From a virus (lineage: Duplodnaviria; Heunggongvirae; Uroviricota; Caudoviricetes): a stretch of 64,000 bases of DNA. The translations under genes and the position numbers were made by a program. Shown piece after piece: positions 17,521 through 28,219 of the stretch. The notes under the pieces were generated by a model, which ran no database searches, was not told the origin of the DNA, and saw only the letters and a list, made by a program, of their open reading frames with translations. The stretch spans positions 180,967 to 244,966 of IMG/VR virus record IMGVR_UViG_3300014208_000025; one strand, 5' to 3'. Each line of letters opens with the position of its first letter. The first letter of the stretch is position 1.

Positions 17521-19595
17521 CGTGTTCTCCCTGTATGTGTTACTATTTTATTTGCTTCGGCACTCGCGGTTGCCGCTGCATTTTCTGCGATTTTTCTATC
17601 GCCAGCGGACGCACTAGCCGCTATCTTGGCTTTGTTTGAAGCATCCACGGTTGCCACTTTTGCCTCAATTCTTACAAAATCATTCGATGCCGTTTCAACT
17701 TCTTTAGAAGACACCAACGATTCACCAGCATATTTCTTTGCCGAGTCGGCATTCGTCTTGGCACTCTTGTATGCCTTCGAGGCCGTTTTTGCGGCTGCCG
17801 TGGAAGTAGATGTCCGAGCCGTTGATGCTGCTCGGGCTGCCGTATTCAACGCTGCTCGGGCTGCCGTGGCATCCGTGTCTGCCTGACTGGCGGCCTTCCC
17901 AGCCTCCACAGCTGCCGTTTGTGATGCTTTCACATCATCTTCTTGTTTTTGTTTTTCAGTTGCACTTGTCTTCTTATTTGCTCCCGTAAATCCTCCGGGG
18001 ACACCTGTTCCTGATGGTAAAGTCACTACTACTGGTGCAGCTCCACCTTTTACAACGCCTGTCAATCCATTTTTACCGGGAGCCAAACCTCCACCGACCG
18101 TAAACACTCGACGGCTCATCAACGTGTTCAATTGGTCCCTTAACTGTGTCAAAGAGGCTGCTTGAACCGTTGTCTGAGTCTTGTCCGGGTTCGCTTTTCC
18201 AGCATCCGGATGGGTATGTTTGTACCAGTGAGTATGAATTAACAACCACTGACACAAATCATACAACCAATTCACAGACGTTTGACCGAGGAGCACTGGC
18301 TCGTTGGTCTGGTCATACTCTCCTAAATAAATAGCCGGGGAATTTAAGACCACTTTGTTATTTGTGGTAAAAATCATCTGATTGTGAGCGTCAATCGTAT
18401 ATTCATCATCGGTTACAACTGCGTATCGTTTTTTGGAATAGTGGAAAGTTTCTGCGGTTTTGGATGACAAAATCAACCGGTCACTATTGATTACGATTTG
18501 GTCCCCCATCAACTTTGGATACTTGAATAACGTGGTGCCATTAAATCCTGACTGTTCTTCTCCCGTACCCCACATCTTTTTCAAACAGGTGGTTTTGAAT
18601 TCACTGGTGGTCAATCCTGATGTTATATGAATAGATGTCCCATCTTTGTTAATGTCTTCGGACACGTAACCACCAACATTCTTTTCTTCCAATGCAGTCG
18701 TGGGTTGACGTTGCCGATTACGAATCAGAATCATTGGATTGCCCGGACCAGGCACATAACTTTTTGTTTTACCATCTCCCGAAGGAATTCCACCGATTCC
18801 AATATCCACATTGGCATCAACTTTGTAGGGATTGTTTACGATGTTGGTATCAGTCGTTCCCTTGTCATTATCACGGTTGTTGTCGTAGGCAGAAAAACGA
18901 ATTGACTGACCAAATCGACTTTCAATAACGTGATCGCCTTCATATCGTTTCAACGAGCGGATTTTTGGGTTGAAGAAAAAATATCGTCCTAATGCCCCTT
19001 GATAACTTGTGCCTCCTAATGCACGAAGTTTGGATGGAGGGCCCTGAAATGGTATAAACGGAGAAATGTCAGTCGCTCTTAACTCACGATTTCCTTCAAC
19101 GGGAGAATTCTGTGTTTGATGAAACCCGCCATTGGTTAACTCCAAATTGAAATCTGCATTGACATTGGGCCAATTGGAAATATTAATTCGTCGAGTGTAG
19201 TAATATTGACCCAAGTAAGAAACCACTCCGACCACTTCATTTAGGACAGGATATTCCTCCGGATTTGAGTCTAACGGAATGGCCCAAATCAAATCATCCT
19301 TCTCGATGTTTCGTTGGGAAAAAAGCAGTCGTATGGAAGCCCGCCCCACCCAAGTATAATCAGGGTCAGTTTTCTTGGCAGGCAAATTATTAATATCGGA
19401 AGGCCATCTATCAGGGTTAATCGTAAATGGATTCTTCTTGAGATAGGGGTGGTTTTTATCCAGAATGATGTCAAGAACTACCGCTGGCTCTATTTCGTAG
19501 AACGCATCTTGCGTTCCACCACCACGGTTCTTAGTAAGTGAAACCGAATCAATTGAAGGCGCTGAAGTGCTTGTTGGTCTATCCCAATACGCCAT
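17517..19595 (-). CDS. Putative baseplate hub/spike (gp5-like) with Ala-rich C-terminal extension (692 aa)
   Basis: OB-fold-like N-terminus (YPVLNEVVGV), EGDHVIESRFGQSIRFS, GDQIVINSDRLILSSK, HxHxH tip motif (HTHWYKHTH); baseplate context. Confidence 0.6.
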   Translation of the reverse strand: MAYWDRPTSTSAPSIDSVSLTKNRGGGTQDAFYEIEPAVVLDIILDKNHPYLKKNPFTINPDRWPSDINNLPAKKTDPDYTWVGRASIRLLFSQRNIEKDDLIWAIPLDSNPEEYPVLNEVVGVVSYLGQYYYTRRINISNWPNVNADFNLELTNGGFHQTQNSPVEGNRELRATDISPFIPFQGPPSKLRALGGTSYQGALGRYFFFNPKIRSLKRYEGDHVIESRFGQSIRFSAYDNNRDNDKGTTDTNIVNNPYKVDANVDIGIGGIPSGDGKTKSYVPGPGNPMILIRNRQRQPTTALEEKNVGGYVSEDINKDGTSIHITSGLTTSEFKTTCLKKMWGTGEEQSGFNGTTLFKYPKLMGDQIVINSDRLILSSKTAETFHYSKKRYAVVTDDEYTIDAHNQMIFTTNNKVVLNSPAIYLGEYDQTNEPVLLGQTSVNWLYDLCQWLLIHTHWYKHTHPDAGKANPDKTQTTVQAASLTQLRDQLNTLMSRRVFTVGGGLAPGKNGLTGVVKGGAAPVVVTLPSGTGVPGGFTGANKKTSATEKQKQEDDVKASQTAAVEAGKAASQADTDATAARAALNTAARAASTARTSTSTAAAKTASKAYKSAKTNADSAKKYAGESLVSSKEVETASNDFVRIEAKVATVDASNKAKIAASASAGDRKIAENAAATASAEANKIVTHTGRTR

Positions 19596-19598
19596 AAA

Positions 19599-20024
19599 TT
19601 ACGTCTTTTCCTTATCCGAATCTTCTTTGGAAAGTTTTTTTATAACCACCGTGTCAGAATTCTTGAGGTTTTCAATTTCAGCCATCAAGTTTTTCTTTTC
19701 TTCTTCGGTCAAACCAAGATTCGACCCCTCTTCTGTCTGAGATTGAGCAGTCATGATTTTTTGGATGATGGCTGCCAAACGAACCAAGTGGTCGTCATTG
19801 GTATTGCCAGTATCAAGATATCCTTTAATCAAAGGAACGACAATCATCGCGTCGTTAACATTCTTGATTAGGGGTCGCAAGTCATCGATGAAAGTTTCAA
19901 TCTGCTCTTTTCGGTTCTCCTGATTAGAGTAGATATCCTTGCATAAATCTTTGAAAGACTTACCTTTGTAAAGTTCGAAATCGGTATCCATACCCATAAA
20001 TATAGGTATGTAACGATTCTTCAA
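19599..20024 (-). CDS. Conserved hypothetical protein (~130-141 aa)
   Basis: ORF track; helical protein. Confidence 0.6.
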   Translation of the reverse strand: MKNRYIPIFMGMDTDFELYKGKSFKDLCKDIYSNQENRKEQIETFIDDLRPLIKNVNDAMIVVPLIKGYLDTGNTNDDHLVRLAAIIQKIMTAQSQTEEGSNLGLTEEEKKNLMAEIENLKNSDTVVIKKLSKEDSDKEKT

Positions 20025-20431
20025 ACTTTTTGCTTACATAAGTAATAATCAAACGTTCTAAATCTTGCTGAGGTGTCATCATGAACTTCCAATCCAAAAG
20101 CATGTTTTTTCATGTACAACATCATCGTTTTTTGAATTTCTAAACGTCTATATTTTGGTTGAGTATAACAACTTAAATCTCCCAAAAAAGACATTGCCCA
20201 CGCAATTATTTTGCCTTTATAAATACAAATCCGAATAAATGATTTAGGTATCGGTTTAGTTTTAGTTTTTTCCCACTGTTTAATATGGTTTGGTCCAACT
20301 TCTTCTAATGTATGAAAACGTTGTCTGGCATTACCACAATCTTCGAATTTGAAGGACAATTTTCTCAATCTATTCCAAGTTTTTGGATTGTGTTTCTTTA
20401 ATAAATCTAAGTTCCGAAAACATATTTTCAT
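20021..20431 (-). CDS. Hypothetical protein, possibly GNAT-fold (136 aa)
   Basis: YTQPKYRRLEI resembles GNAT motif A. Confidence 0.35.
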   Translation of the reverse strand: MKICFRNLDLLKKHNPKTWNRLRKLSFKFEDCGNARQRFHTLEEVGPNHIKQWEKTKTKPIPKSFIRICIYKGKIIAWAMSFLGDLSCYTQPKYRRLEIQKTMMLYMKKHAFGLEVHDDTSARFRTFDYYLCKQKV

Positions 20432-20549
20432 ACATACATCTTACTACAAATCTATAACCGTTCGGTTTTTTCATTGGAACGAATAAACATTGTTGGTTTA
20501 ATACAAGTTGGATATTTTCTACATCAATTACCTTCTTTATTTTTAGAAA

Positions 20550-21440
20550 TCATACCTTTATGTAATTTTCTGTATTAACAGACCCATTAACAATATAGGA
20601 CTTTCTTATATTTGTTTGATACTGTTTCATTTTGTTTACAATTTTTGTAATTTGTTGAGTTTTGCAGTTTGATATTTCTCTAATATACAAATAAAGAGCC
20701 TTCTTGTTAAACGCATCAATTCGGTCAGAACTCCGGAATAATTCTATTACCGCATTGGCAATATCCAAATCACGTTGTTTGTTGAAAATCTTACTAACGT
20801 TATTCTCCCAAAACAGAATCATCAAACGCATGAATTCTTTCATTTCTTCTTGTTTATGATGTTTATCTTCACTTTGAAGTTGAACCGTATGTTCTTCATG
20901 TTCTTCACTAATTTCAACATGTTGATTTCGGCGTTTATGAACTGAATTGTTTAACGCAATGAGATAATGTTTGGAAACTACCGAGAAATATCCAAAGGCT
21001 TTACCTTTATCCGCTTCAAACTTGTGAATATTGGCTACAAGGTGGGATACACATTCCTTCTGAACATCCAGCGGACTCGTTTCAAAATAGGAAAATTTGA
21101 ATGTGTTGAAAATGTTTTCAACCAACTTATTGAAAGCATAAGCAATGTGGGTGTTGTAAATTTCGTTTCGCTTTTGTAAGTCAGTTTCTGCATTATACAT
21201 GATGATGTAACGTTCCGTTTCCGGAGTAAAATACATCTTGTCCGACGGCGTTTTTGGCCGTCTTGTTTTACGTGTTTTTTTGACTATTTCGACAGGGACA
21301 GGAAGTAGGTTGTTTATCTTCTTCAACAATTTTTTTGTTTTCTTTAACGATTTGGTTTTAATCAACTTTTCTGGCTTGCGATTGATTTTTTTATTAGATG
21401 GGGGGACATGACGGGTCTTTAGAGTTTTTCTCTTTTTCAT
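20550..21440 (-). CDS. Phage sigma-70-like (late) sigma factor with basic N-terminal tail (296 aa)
   Basis: Region-2-like DVQKECVSHLVANIHKFEADKGKAFGYFSVVSKHYL; ~70-aa Lys/Arg-rich N-terminus. Confidence 0.7.
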   Translation of the reverse strand: MKKRKTLKTRHVPPSNKKINRKPEKLIKTKSLKKTKKLLKKINNLLPVPVEIVKKTRKTRRPKTPSDKMYFTPETERYIIMYNAETDLQKRNEIYNTHIAYAFNKLVENIFNTFKFSYFETSPLDVQKECVSHLVANIHKFEADKGKAFGYFSVVSKHYLIALNNSVHKRRNQHVEISEEHEEHTVQLQSEDKHHKQEEMKEFMRLMILFWENNVSKIFNKQRDLDIANAVIELFRSSDRIDAFNKKALYLYIREISNCKTQQITKIVNKMKQYQTNIRKSYIVNGSVNTENYIKV

Positions 21441-21449
21441 AGAAACGAA

Positions 21450-21755
21450 TTATTCTCCTTCGGTTTCTTGAGTTCTCTCATTCAACTCGTGAATGAGTTC
21501 CATCATATCGTGAAAGACAACGCCTACTTCGTCATCTTTTTCGAACATTTGTTTATCGTCAAGAAGTTTCATGTGGGCATAAGTCTTTAGCACATCAGCT
21601 CGAAATTCCGAAATCCATTCTTTCAGAAGTTGATTATCTTCTTCGAAAATTTCATTTACGGAGAGTTGACGCACGCCAGCCTTATACAACAGAACGATGA
21701 CGACGGTGGATGCAATTAAGCAGATACTCAGCAATATTGTAACAAATACCAACAT
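21450..21755 (-). CDS. Single-TM membrane protein (101 aa)
   Basis: Hydrophobic N-terminal helix. Confidence 0.6.
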   Translation of the reverse strand: MLVFVTILLSICLIASTVVIVLLYKAGVRQLSVNEIFEEDNQLLKEWISEFRADVLKTYAHMKLLDDKQMFEKDDEVGVVFHDMMELIHELNERTQETEGE

Positions 21756-21758
21756 AAA

Positions 21759-21896
21759 TTATTCTTCTTCAAAGACTGGGCATTCTTGAAATTCTTGAAC
21801 GTATTCTTGAACGTCGGTAATGATTTCCCAGTCTCGGTTTCTTATGGCGTTATTCAGCAATTTTGCTATGTAATCGATGTCATTTTGATTCATCAT
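21759..21896 (-). CDS. Small hypothetical protein (45 aa)
   Basis: MMNQNDIDYIAKLLNNAIRNRDWE..., read manually; fills operon gap. Confidence 0.5.
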   Translation of the reverse strand: MMNQNDIDYIAKLLNNAIRNRDWEIITDVQEYVQEFQECPVFEEE

Positions 21897-22023
21897 ATCG
21901 TTGGTTTACCTTTTTGGTAGTCAGCGACATACATAGACCAAGAATTTCTGAAATGCCAATTTTAAGTGCGGTAAATATTTATTCTACTACCAGTTTAGTA
22001 CTTTCTTTGTACTTTGTCAAGTA

Positions 22024-23019
22024 TTATCTTTTAAAATATTGCTTAAAAAATGTATCCATCCTAGAGTCTATTTTATCAGGCATTACAGACGCTGATGTTT
22101 GAAGATGCGTGGGAGCATCGGTCAAAATCTGTTTTTCTTCAACCTTTAGAGGTTCGGCATCCCGAAGTATCACTTTGGTTTCATTGGGTTGTATTGGAAT
22201 TTCATCATACACTCGTTCATCTTCACGTCTAAAGACAGAAACGTTGTAAGCTAGAATAAGACAAATAGCCAATGGATCAAAAACGAAAATGATAGATATA
22301 ATAAACCACCTTGCCACAATATCAAGAGAAAGACCTAAAGCGTCAGCTACGAATTTAAAGGTTTGAATGTCTTTCTTCTCGGCAGACACAAGTTTCAACT
22401 GATTTACCTGTTCATCAATTTTTTGAACATCTTCAATGCTGGTCTGTATCTTGTCGGTCTGTTCCTTCATATCCTTGTCAGTCTGCATAATCAAATCCAC
22501 GGTTTGTTGTTGAAGTTGTTTCAACTGAATAGGATTTCTTGATAGAAATTCATTGGTCAACACTTCACCCATACGAGCTTCTTGAGATGTTCTGAGTTTA
22601 CCCAAATCAGACGACCGTTTCTTAGCCTCAACAATTTTGTCTTGATAAAATACTTTCTGACTTTCCACGGTTTTAATACGGTCTTGAGAAACCTCAAATT
22701 CAATGGATGATTTTTGATAAGCAGCAGATAAATAACCAAAAATACCAAGAGATGTTATGCCCATTAAAACCAAGACGGATATTACCAAATAGGTTTTAAG
22801 ATACCGTTGACATTTTTCCCAATATCGGTAAAGAAAAGTAGTAGCAACCAATTTGCCAATTTCTAATGATGATGCCATTATCATGACCGAAATGGTAGCT
22901 CCCGCGAACAAGGTGGCGATTCCATAGACGGAAAAACAAGCTGCACACAAAGCTATAAAGAGGGCGGTGCCACCTAAAATCCAAGGAAAACGAGACTGCG
23001 ACAAGAGTTTATCTTTCAT
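22024..23019 (-). CDS. Multi-TM plus coiled-coil membrane protein (331 aa)
   Basis: Three N-terminal TM segments (SLEIGKLV motif), long coiled coil, C-terminal IIFVFDPLAI TM. Confidence 0.65.
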   Translation of the reverse strand: MKDKLLSQSRFPWILGGTALFIALCAACFSVYGIATLFAGATISVMIMASSLEIGKLVATTFLYRYWEKCQRYLKTYLVISVLVLMGITSLGIFGYLSAAYQKSSIEFEVSQDRIKTVESQKVFYQDKIVEAKKRSSDLGKLRTSQEARMGEVLTNEFLSRNPIQLKQLQQQTVDLIMQTDKDMKEQTDKIQTSIEDVQKIDEQVNQLKLVSAEKKDIQTFKFVADALGLSLDIVARWFIISIIFVFDPLAICLILAYNVSVFRREDERVYDEIPIQPNETKVILRDAEPLKVEEKQILTDAPTHLQTSASVMPDKIDSRMDTFFKQYFKR

Positions 23020-23029
23020 GTAATACAGT

Positions 23030-24025
23030 TTATGGATGCAATACCATCAATGACATCCAATTTATTTCCGTTGTTCTACTATCCCAGTTTGTATCGTAGG
23101 CAACCAGTGACAAAGAAAATGCGGATGTCGTTCTAGCCCCCAGAGGAAAACACGTCATCTCCATCCATTCACTTCCTTGTTCTCCACCACACGCGGATAT
23201 AACCGTATAATTCTTTGTTGGCATTGGAGTGGACATGTGAAATATCCACGTATGGTAACTTCCATAAGATGTTTGTGGAAATGGAATTTTTCCCATAGAA
23301 CTTGAAAGCATGCCATTCGTATCTCCGGAGGTCGAACGATTTCCTTGATAAGATGCACTTATGAAATTGTAACTTCCAGAAAATGGCATCAGATTGGCTC
23401 TAATGTATGGCGTAGTAAGAGAACCCGTTGCGTAAAATGTACCAAATGCTTTTACCACCGTTGATGCGGCAGAAGTGTTTATTGCAAATGATGCCGTTCC
23501 ACTATAACTTGACGTAGTAGCAAACGAGGAACTAAGGGAAGCGGACGCCCACGAGGCCGACAACGAAGCGGATGCGAATGGTGGCGTGCTACTCGGTAAA
23601 CTGAAATTGAAATATGAGGCTGTTATCGCCATTGAAGATGACCCTGCATAGGAAGACGAGTTAGCAGTGGTTGCATAGGAAGCAGTTCCCGTTGTAGAAA
23701 CCGAAGTAATAGCTGTGCCCGCTGAATTTGCCCAACTTGCTGATAATCCTGTCATGGCATACGAAGCTGTTGACGTATTTGGATACATCAAATGTGAAGT
23801 TGTAGATGAAGAAATGCTGCTGGATGCCCAAGAGGCCGAACGGGCCGTTAAAGAAGAACTGGCCCAAGAGGCAGATAAAACAGAGCCACTATCAGCAAAC
23901 CAACTATTAAAAGAAGTAAGAGTGACACGATAAGTTGTCAGCGAACTACTTTCAACCAAAGGAATAAAATCATCCGTTTTGATAGTAGAAAAACTGTTTA
24001 ATTGACTTATTCTTATGCTTGACAT
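23030..24025 (-). CDS. Tail fibre/spike-like protein 1 (331 aa)
   Basis: IRISQL...DDFIPLVE attachment motif; SASWA/TASYA repeats; C-terminal beta domain VKAFGTF...MPTKNYTV. Confidence 0.65.
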   Translation of the reverse strand: MSSIRISQLNSFSTIKTDDFIPLVESSSLTTYRVTLTSFNSWFADSGSVLSASWASSSLTARSASWASSSISSSTTSHLMYPNTSTASYAMTGLSASWANSAGTAITSVSTTGTASYATTANSSSYAGSSSMAITASYFNFSLPSSTPPFASASLSASWASASLSSSFATTSSYSGTASFAINTSAASTVVKAFGTFYATGSLTTPYIRANLMPFSGSYNFISASYQGNRSTSGDTNGMLSSSMGKIPFPQTSYGSYHTWIFHMSTPMPTKNYTVISACGGEQGSEWMEMTCFPLGARTTSAFSLSLVAYDTNWDSRTTEINWMSLMVLHP

Positions 24026-24031
24026 AGGTTA

Positions 24032-26023
24032 TTATATTGCGTAATCATATCCGACCGTCCAACCTGCGGCCTGCAATGGAAGGATATAGTTGTTAACTGT
24101 ACTTATCATTATTGGCCCGTTTCCATTGAAATAAATGGTTCCGTTCGAAAGACCGTTCACCACTGACTGAGAACAAATCGTATCTATCGTTCCTTGTAAC
24201 AAACTACAACTGATAGCATTCAAATATAATAAAGCAGGTGAAATGGTTGTGATACTTGATAGTGCTGTATAGCTAATATCTAACCAAGATAATGAGGTTG
24301 GAAACGATGAAAACCAAAACTTTAACGTTGGATTATTAGAAATTGACATGGTAGCCAAAGAATCTGGCAACGTCGAATTCATAGTTACAATTTGATTGTA
24401 ATCCAAATACAACTCAGGCAATCCATAAGGAAACGTTGATGGGATGGATGTTATCAAGTTATTAGATGCGTTTAAATACGACATAGTATTTGGAAGGCCT
24501 GAAAGAGTGGTCAAACTATTATTTGAACAATTCAAAAAAGACAACGATGTTGGAAGAGATGGTAGGGTTGTCAGATTGTTGTTTCCACATTGAAAGTGTG
24601 ACATCGTAGTATTAGACAACGATGATATGTTTGAAATTGAACTACTATCACAAGACAAAGTTACAAGAGTATCTGGCATACCAGTTAATTCCGTTAGGAA
24701 CATACACTGTCCACAATCAAGCCCCGTAAGATTTTTCAACGACCAAACATAACGAATTGAATTGGCCAACGTATTTCTTACACTAACGTCATCAATGGTC
24801 AAAGACCCCGTAGCTAACATTCCATCTCGGTAATCTGTGAATGGGCCTTCGTGACTTCCCGTATAAAAAGTTATCAATACGGCTCCGTCGGGAGATACTT
24901 GAAACAAAGGTGGTTCGGTTAAGGAAACGCTTAAATTGTCACTGAGACTTGCTATATTGAAACGGTTTGTTCGTGTTGACTCTATTTGAATCTTGGAAGA
25001 TGACCCAGTAACAAACATCATATAATTTCCCAATAAACTAGAACTTCCTTCGAGCACATAAGGAATCTTCATTGAACCAGACATCAAACTATCCCACAAA
25101 TTTGTTGTACGGCTAACATCAAAATAAATTGGAGTAGAATCAATTGTTTCCTCTATGCCCGTATCTCTACTCTTTATTTTCAAAGTAAGTGATTCGTTAA
25201 CCACGATTGATGATGTATAAGGAACTATCACTGTTCCAACGACTCTAACATCGGTTGATTTAGCTACACCAAGAGAATGAGAGACGTTTACCAAATCTAA
25301 CTGTGAAGCAGAAATAGATTGAGTAGTAGCCAAGAAAATTCCATAATCAACGTAATGATTATATGAGAAATTTTCTGCTATCATAGCATATGAAGCTGTG
25401 GATGTATTTGGATAACTTAACTCTAACGCCGCATTAGATAGTTGTGAAGTATCAGAATATCCTGATTTGTCAGAATATGAAGCCGTTTCAACCGCTGCAC
25501 CAATTCCACTTATGTAAGACGCGGTTTTAGAAAATGATGCTGTATCAACCAACTGAGCTTTTATGGCATACGACGCCGTTGACGAATTAGGATATATCAA
25601 CGAAGCTGCGGTTGTAGCTGTTAAGGCGGTGCCTGCGATGGTTGTCCATGACGAACTAATTGACGAGGATGCCCACGAGGCCGAAACAGATGTCCCTGCT
25701 GTAGCATTTATAGAAAATGAAGCCGTCGTTGCCCACGATGAAGATATTGAGGAAGATGCCCACGATGCCGACAAAGACGAGTCTGAGAACAAAGAAGTAA
25801 GAGAAGCCGTTACCGTTCCATGAACCCCTGTACCAAGAATGTAAGACGCGGTATCAGACGTAACTACGGTGAAACTACCACTTGCGTTAAGATATGTGCT
25901 CAGTTGGTCTGCCGTCAATTTCTTACCTTCTCTGGAACTGACATCAACCACATAGAACAAGTCACCGCTTGCCACTTCTGCAGCAGTCAATCCAGTCAAT
26001 TGTGATACTCTTTTGTGACTCAT
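24032..26023 (-). CDS. Tail fibre-like protein 2 with C-terminal leucine-rich repeats (663 aa)
   Basis: KRVSQLTGLT...GDLFYVVD..GKKLT N-terminus; TASYA repeats; ~20-aa LRRs LPSLPTSLSFLNCSNNSL. Confidence 0.7.
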   Translation of the reverse strand: MSHKRVSQLTGLTAAEVASGDLFYVVDVSSREGKKLTADQLSTYLNASGSFTVVTSDTASYILGTGVHGTVTASLTSLFSDSSLSASWASSSISSSWATTASFSINATAGTSVSASWASSSISSSWTTIAGTALTATTAASLIYPNSSTASYAIKAQLVDTASFSKTASYISGIGAAVETASYSDKSGYSDTSQLSNAALELSYPNTSTASYAMIAENFSYNHYVDYGIFLATTQSISASQLDLVNVSHSLGVAKSTDVRVVGTVIVPYTSSIVVNESLTLKIKSRDTGIEETIDSTPIYFDVSRTTNLWDSLMSGSMKIPYVLEGSSSLLGNYMMFVTGSSSKIQIESTRTNRFNIASLSDNLSVSLTEPPLFQVSPDGAVLITFYTGSHEGPFTDYRDGMLATGSLTIDDVSVRNTLANSIRYVWSLKNLTGLDCGQCMFLTELTGMPDTLVTLSCDSSSISNISSLSNTTMSHFQCGNNNLTTLPSLPTSLSFLNCSNNSLTTLSGLPNTMSYLNASNNLITSIPSTFPYGLPELYLDYNQIVTMNSTLPDSLATMSISNNPTLKFWFSSFPTSLSWLDISYTALSSITTISPALLYLNAISCSLLQGTIDTICSQSVVNGLSNGTIYFNGNGPIMISTVNNYILPLQAAGWTVGYDYAI

Positions 26024-26024
26024 A

Positions 26025-27035
26025 TTATGTTCCTAAAATTTGGAATGTCAAATAGGTGTTCTCTCCATTTGGAAACGAACCACTACTTCCAGAGAAAAAT
26101 GTAGGCACCGATATACCGTAAGTAGCCGTATCAACGGCTAAAGCAATTATACACGTCGTTGTGGTTCGGTTACTATACACAGGATGAAAAATTACATCTT
26201 GTTTTTCAGGGTTTGCGAATGGTGAGAATGCCTGACCGACCGCAATGTAATTGGTTGATGGTAAATTAGCTGAAAATGTTACCGCATATTCTAACCACGT
26301 AAAATTACCGGCTGCCCACGCTCGACTATAAACAATTGAATTCACATTATAATTCATATACAATTGGGGTTGACTATACAACCCTCCGTAACTCCAAGTT
26401 ACCATAGCCCATGCTTTCACCGGATTATCAAACCCCAAAGCATAACTTGCAGTGTCGCTAATAATTGAATAGTTGGAAAAACTTGATGATATTGTGAATG
26501 AAGAAGTAATCGAAAACGAAGATGATTCAGAAAAAGATGTGGATTGTGCCGTTACCGATAGAATTGAATTGGAAGACGATATAGCGAACGAAGCCGTTCC
26601 ATTTGGAATACCAGTATAAGACAGATTCGCAGCTGTAGTTGCAACCAACGAATTTCCTGCCAACATAGCATATGAGGAAGTTTTAGCTATCAAAGAATAA
26701 GACGCGGTATCAATTGATGCTACCGATGAACTAAAATAACTAGCTGTGGCCGCTAAATCCGTTCTCAAGGCATGACTGGCAGACACTACAAACGAAGAAT
26801 AACTAGAAGAATTTACAGCTCCATCCACGTTTGACCCCAAAATATAAGAAGCGGTATCTGCGTTTCCAGAACTCACCGCAACAAAACTTCCACTAGATTC
26901 AATGAAGGTAAGAAGTTGGTCAGCGGTTATTTTTTTTGACGCGTGAGCACTGATGTCGCCTACAAGAAAAATGTCATCCGTCGCAATTTCAGCGGCGGTC
27001 AATCCCGTCATTTGACTTACTTTTTCGTTGGCCAT
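26025..27035 (-). CDS. Tail fibre-like protein 3 (336 aa)
   Basis: KVSQMTGLT...DDIFLVGD..SKKIT; TASYA repeats; C-terminal VKAWAMV...YAVTFSANLPSTNY domain. Confidence 0.65.
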   Translation of the reverse strand: MANEKVSQMTGLTAAEIATDDIFLVGDISAHASKKITADQLLTFIESSGSFVAVSSGNADTASYILGSNVDGAVNSSSYSSFVVSASHALRTDLAATASYFSSSVASIDTASYSLIAKTSSYAMLAGNSLVATTAANLSYTGIPNGTASFAISSSNSILSVTAQSTSFSESSSFSITSSFTISSSFSNYSIISDTASYALGFDNPVKAWAMVTWSYGGLYSQPQLYMNYNVNSIVYSRAWAAGNFTWLEYAVTFSANLPSTNYIAVGQAFSPFANPEKQDVIFHPVYSNRTTTTCIIALAVDTATYGISVPTFFSGSSGSFPNGENTYLTFQILGT

Positions 27036-27063
27036 AATATGTTACGCCAAATAAATAGATAAC

Positions 27064-27795
27064 TCAAACCGTTTTTTTGACCTTTTTGATGATGAATTGA
27101 ACAAGACCACTTCTAACGATGTCATTCTCCATCAGATGAAACGTCTGAATTCCATTGACTTTGGATTCGTCGTCGTCAAAATGTGAAATCATTTTAATAA
27201 ATCCACTCTTTCCATTGATATCTGATTGTTCAGGGTCGCCCAAAATGAATACCTTACTAAACTCGCCTGTTCTGGTTATGAGAGTAAACAACTCCTTGTA
27301 AGTCATATTTTGAGCTTCATCAGCAATGATTATTTTAGCATTCCAATTTAAACCCCTCAAGAATCCTACTGGCACTGAAGAAATGCGATCTTCCTTTTTC
27401 AGAAGGTCAATATCATTTTTGGGGAGTAATTCCAACAATTTATCCATCAACGGCTGCATGTAGGGTGCCATTTTTTCATTGGTTTCGCCCGGCAAGAAGC
27501 CAAGTTTGGAGTCGGATGATTCAACCGCGGAACGAATGTAAATCAGGTCACTAACACGTCTTTCATTCATCAGTGAAAGGGCGGCATAGATTGCCATGTA
27601 GGTCTTTGCGGTACCTGCGGGCCCCGAAACAAACATGAGTTTGGTCTGTTTGTCTAAGGCCAATTCCAAAAATTGCTTTTGTTTCTCGTTAAGCTCTCTT
27701 TGGTATATTGATAATTGGCTTCGTAGTTTGTTTCGTTGTGGTATGACGGGACTGGTATCCCTCGTTGCGTTGGTTTCAGCTCGTGATTTTTTCAT
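27064..27795 (-). CDS. phoH: PhoH-like ATPase
   Basis: GPAGTAKT Walker A, FLRGLNW, IIADEAQN, LGDPEQSD, DIVRSGLV. Confidence 0.95.
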   Translation of the reverse strand: MKKSRAETNATRDTSPVIPQRNKLRSQLSIYQRELNEKQKQFLELALDKQTKLMFVSGPAGTAKTYMAIYAALSLMNERRVSDLIYIRSAVESSDSKLGFLPGETNEKMAPYMQPLMDKLLELLPKNDIDLLKKEDRISSVPVGFLRGLNWNAKIIIADEAQNMTYKELFTLITRTGEFSKVFILGDPEQSDINGKSGFIKMISHFDDDESKVNGIQTFHLMENDIVRSGLVQFIIKKVKKTV

Positions 27796-28126
27796 TAGGA
27801 GTCGAAGAGACTACTTTCACTTTGAGTGTTTTCTGTAACGTGACCACCCGAGGACATTTCTCATAGGATTCATTTTTTACATAGAACCCGTAGATGTTGT
27901 CAAGGTTGGTCAGAAAATCCTTTTCGGGAATGGTAATGACGAAATCGGAATCCTTAAACTCAAATACTTCAACAAATGGAAGATGATATTTGAGAGCATA
28001 TTCAATAACCGATACAACTTGTTCCATCATGTCTATCTTGAACTTTCTAGTGAAGGTTTCAAGTTCTCCATTATCGGATGGCAAGACATAATGTGGTTGT
28101 TCGTCTTTGGTGTACTTCTTTGCCAT
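27776..28126 (-). CDS. Hypothetical protein (116 aa)
   Basis: Start reassigned to MAKKYTK, preceded by ATATTTAT motif. Confidence 0.55.
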   Translation of the reverse strand: MAKKYTKDEQPHYVLPSDNGELETFTRKFKIDMMEQVVSVIEYALKYHLPFVEVFEFKDSDFVITIPEKDFLTNLDNIYGFYVKNESYEKCPRVVTLQKTLKVKVVSSTPNEKITS

Positions 28127-28219
28127 ACGGAAATAAATATCTAACCGTATTGGTAAAGGACAAAAAGAACGCAACGGATTTGCATCCGTTGCGTATAAAA
28201 ACTTACGAATGGGTTTACG

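Noticed and set aside
17828-17867. 17-bp direct repeat in the gp5-like gene
   Set aside because: Explained by a duplicated TAARAA peptide in a low-complexity Ala-rich tail.
1105-27838. Plus-strand and alternate-frame ORFs of 60-165 aa over the structural genes
   Set aside because: They are antisense or frame shadows of long minus-strand genes, without motifs or RBS.
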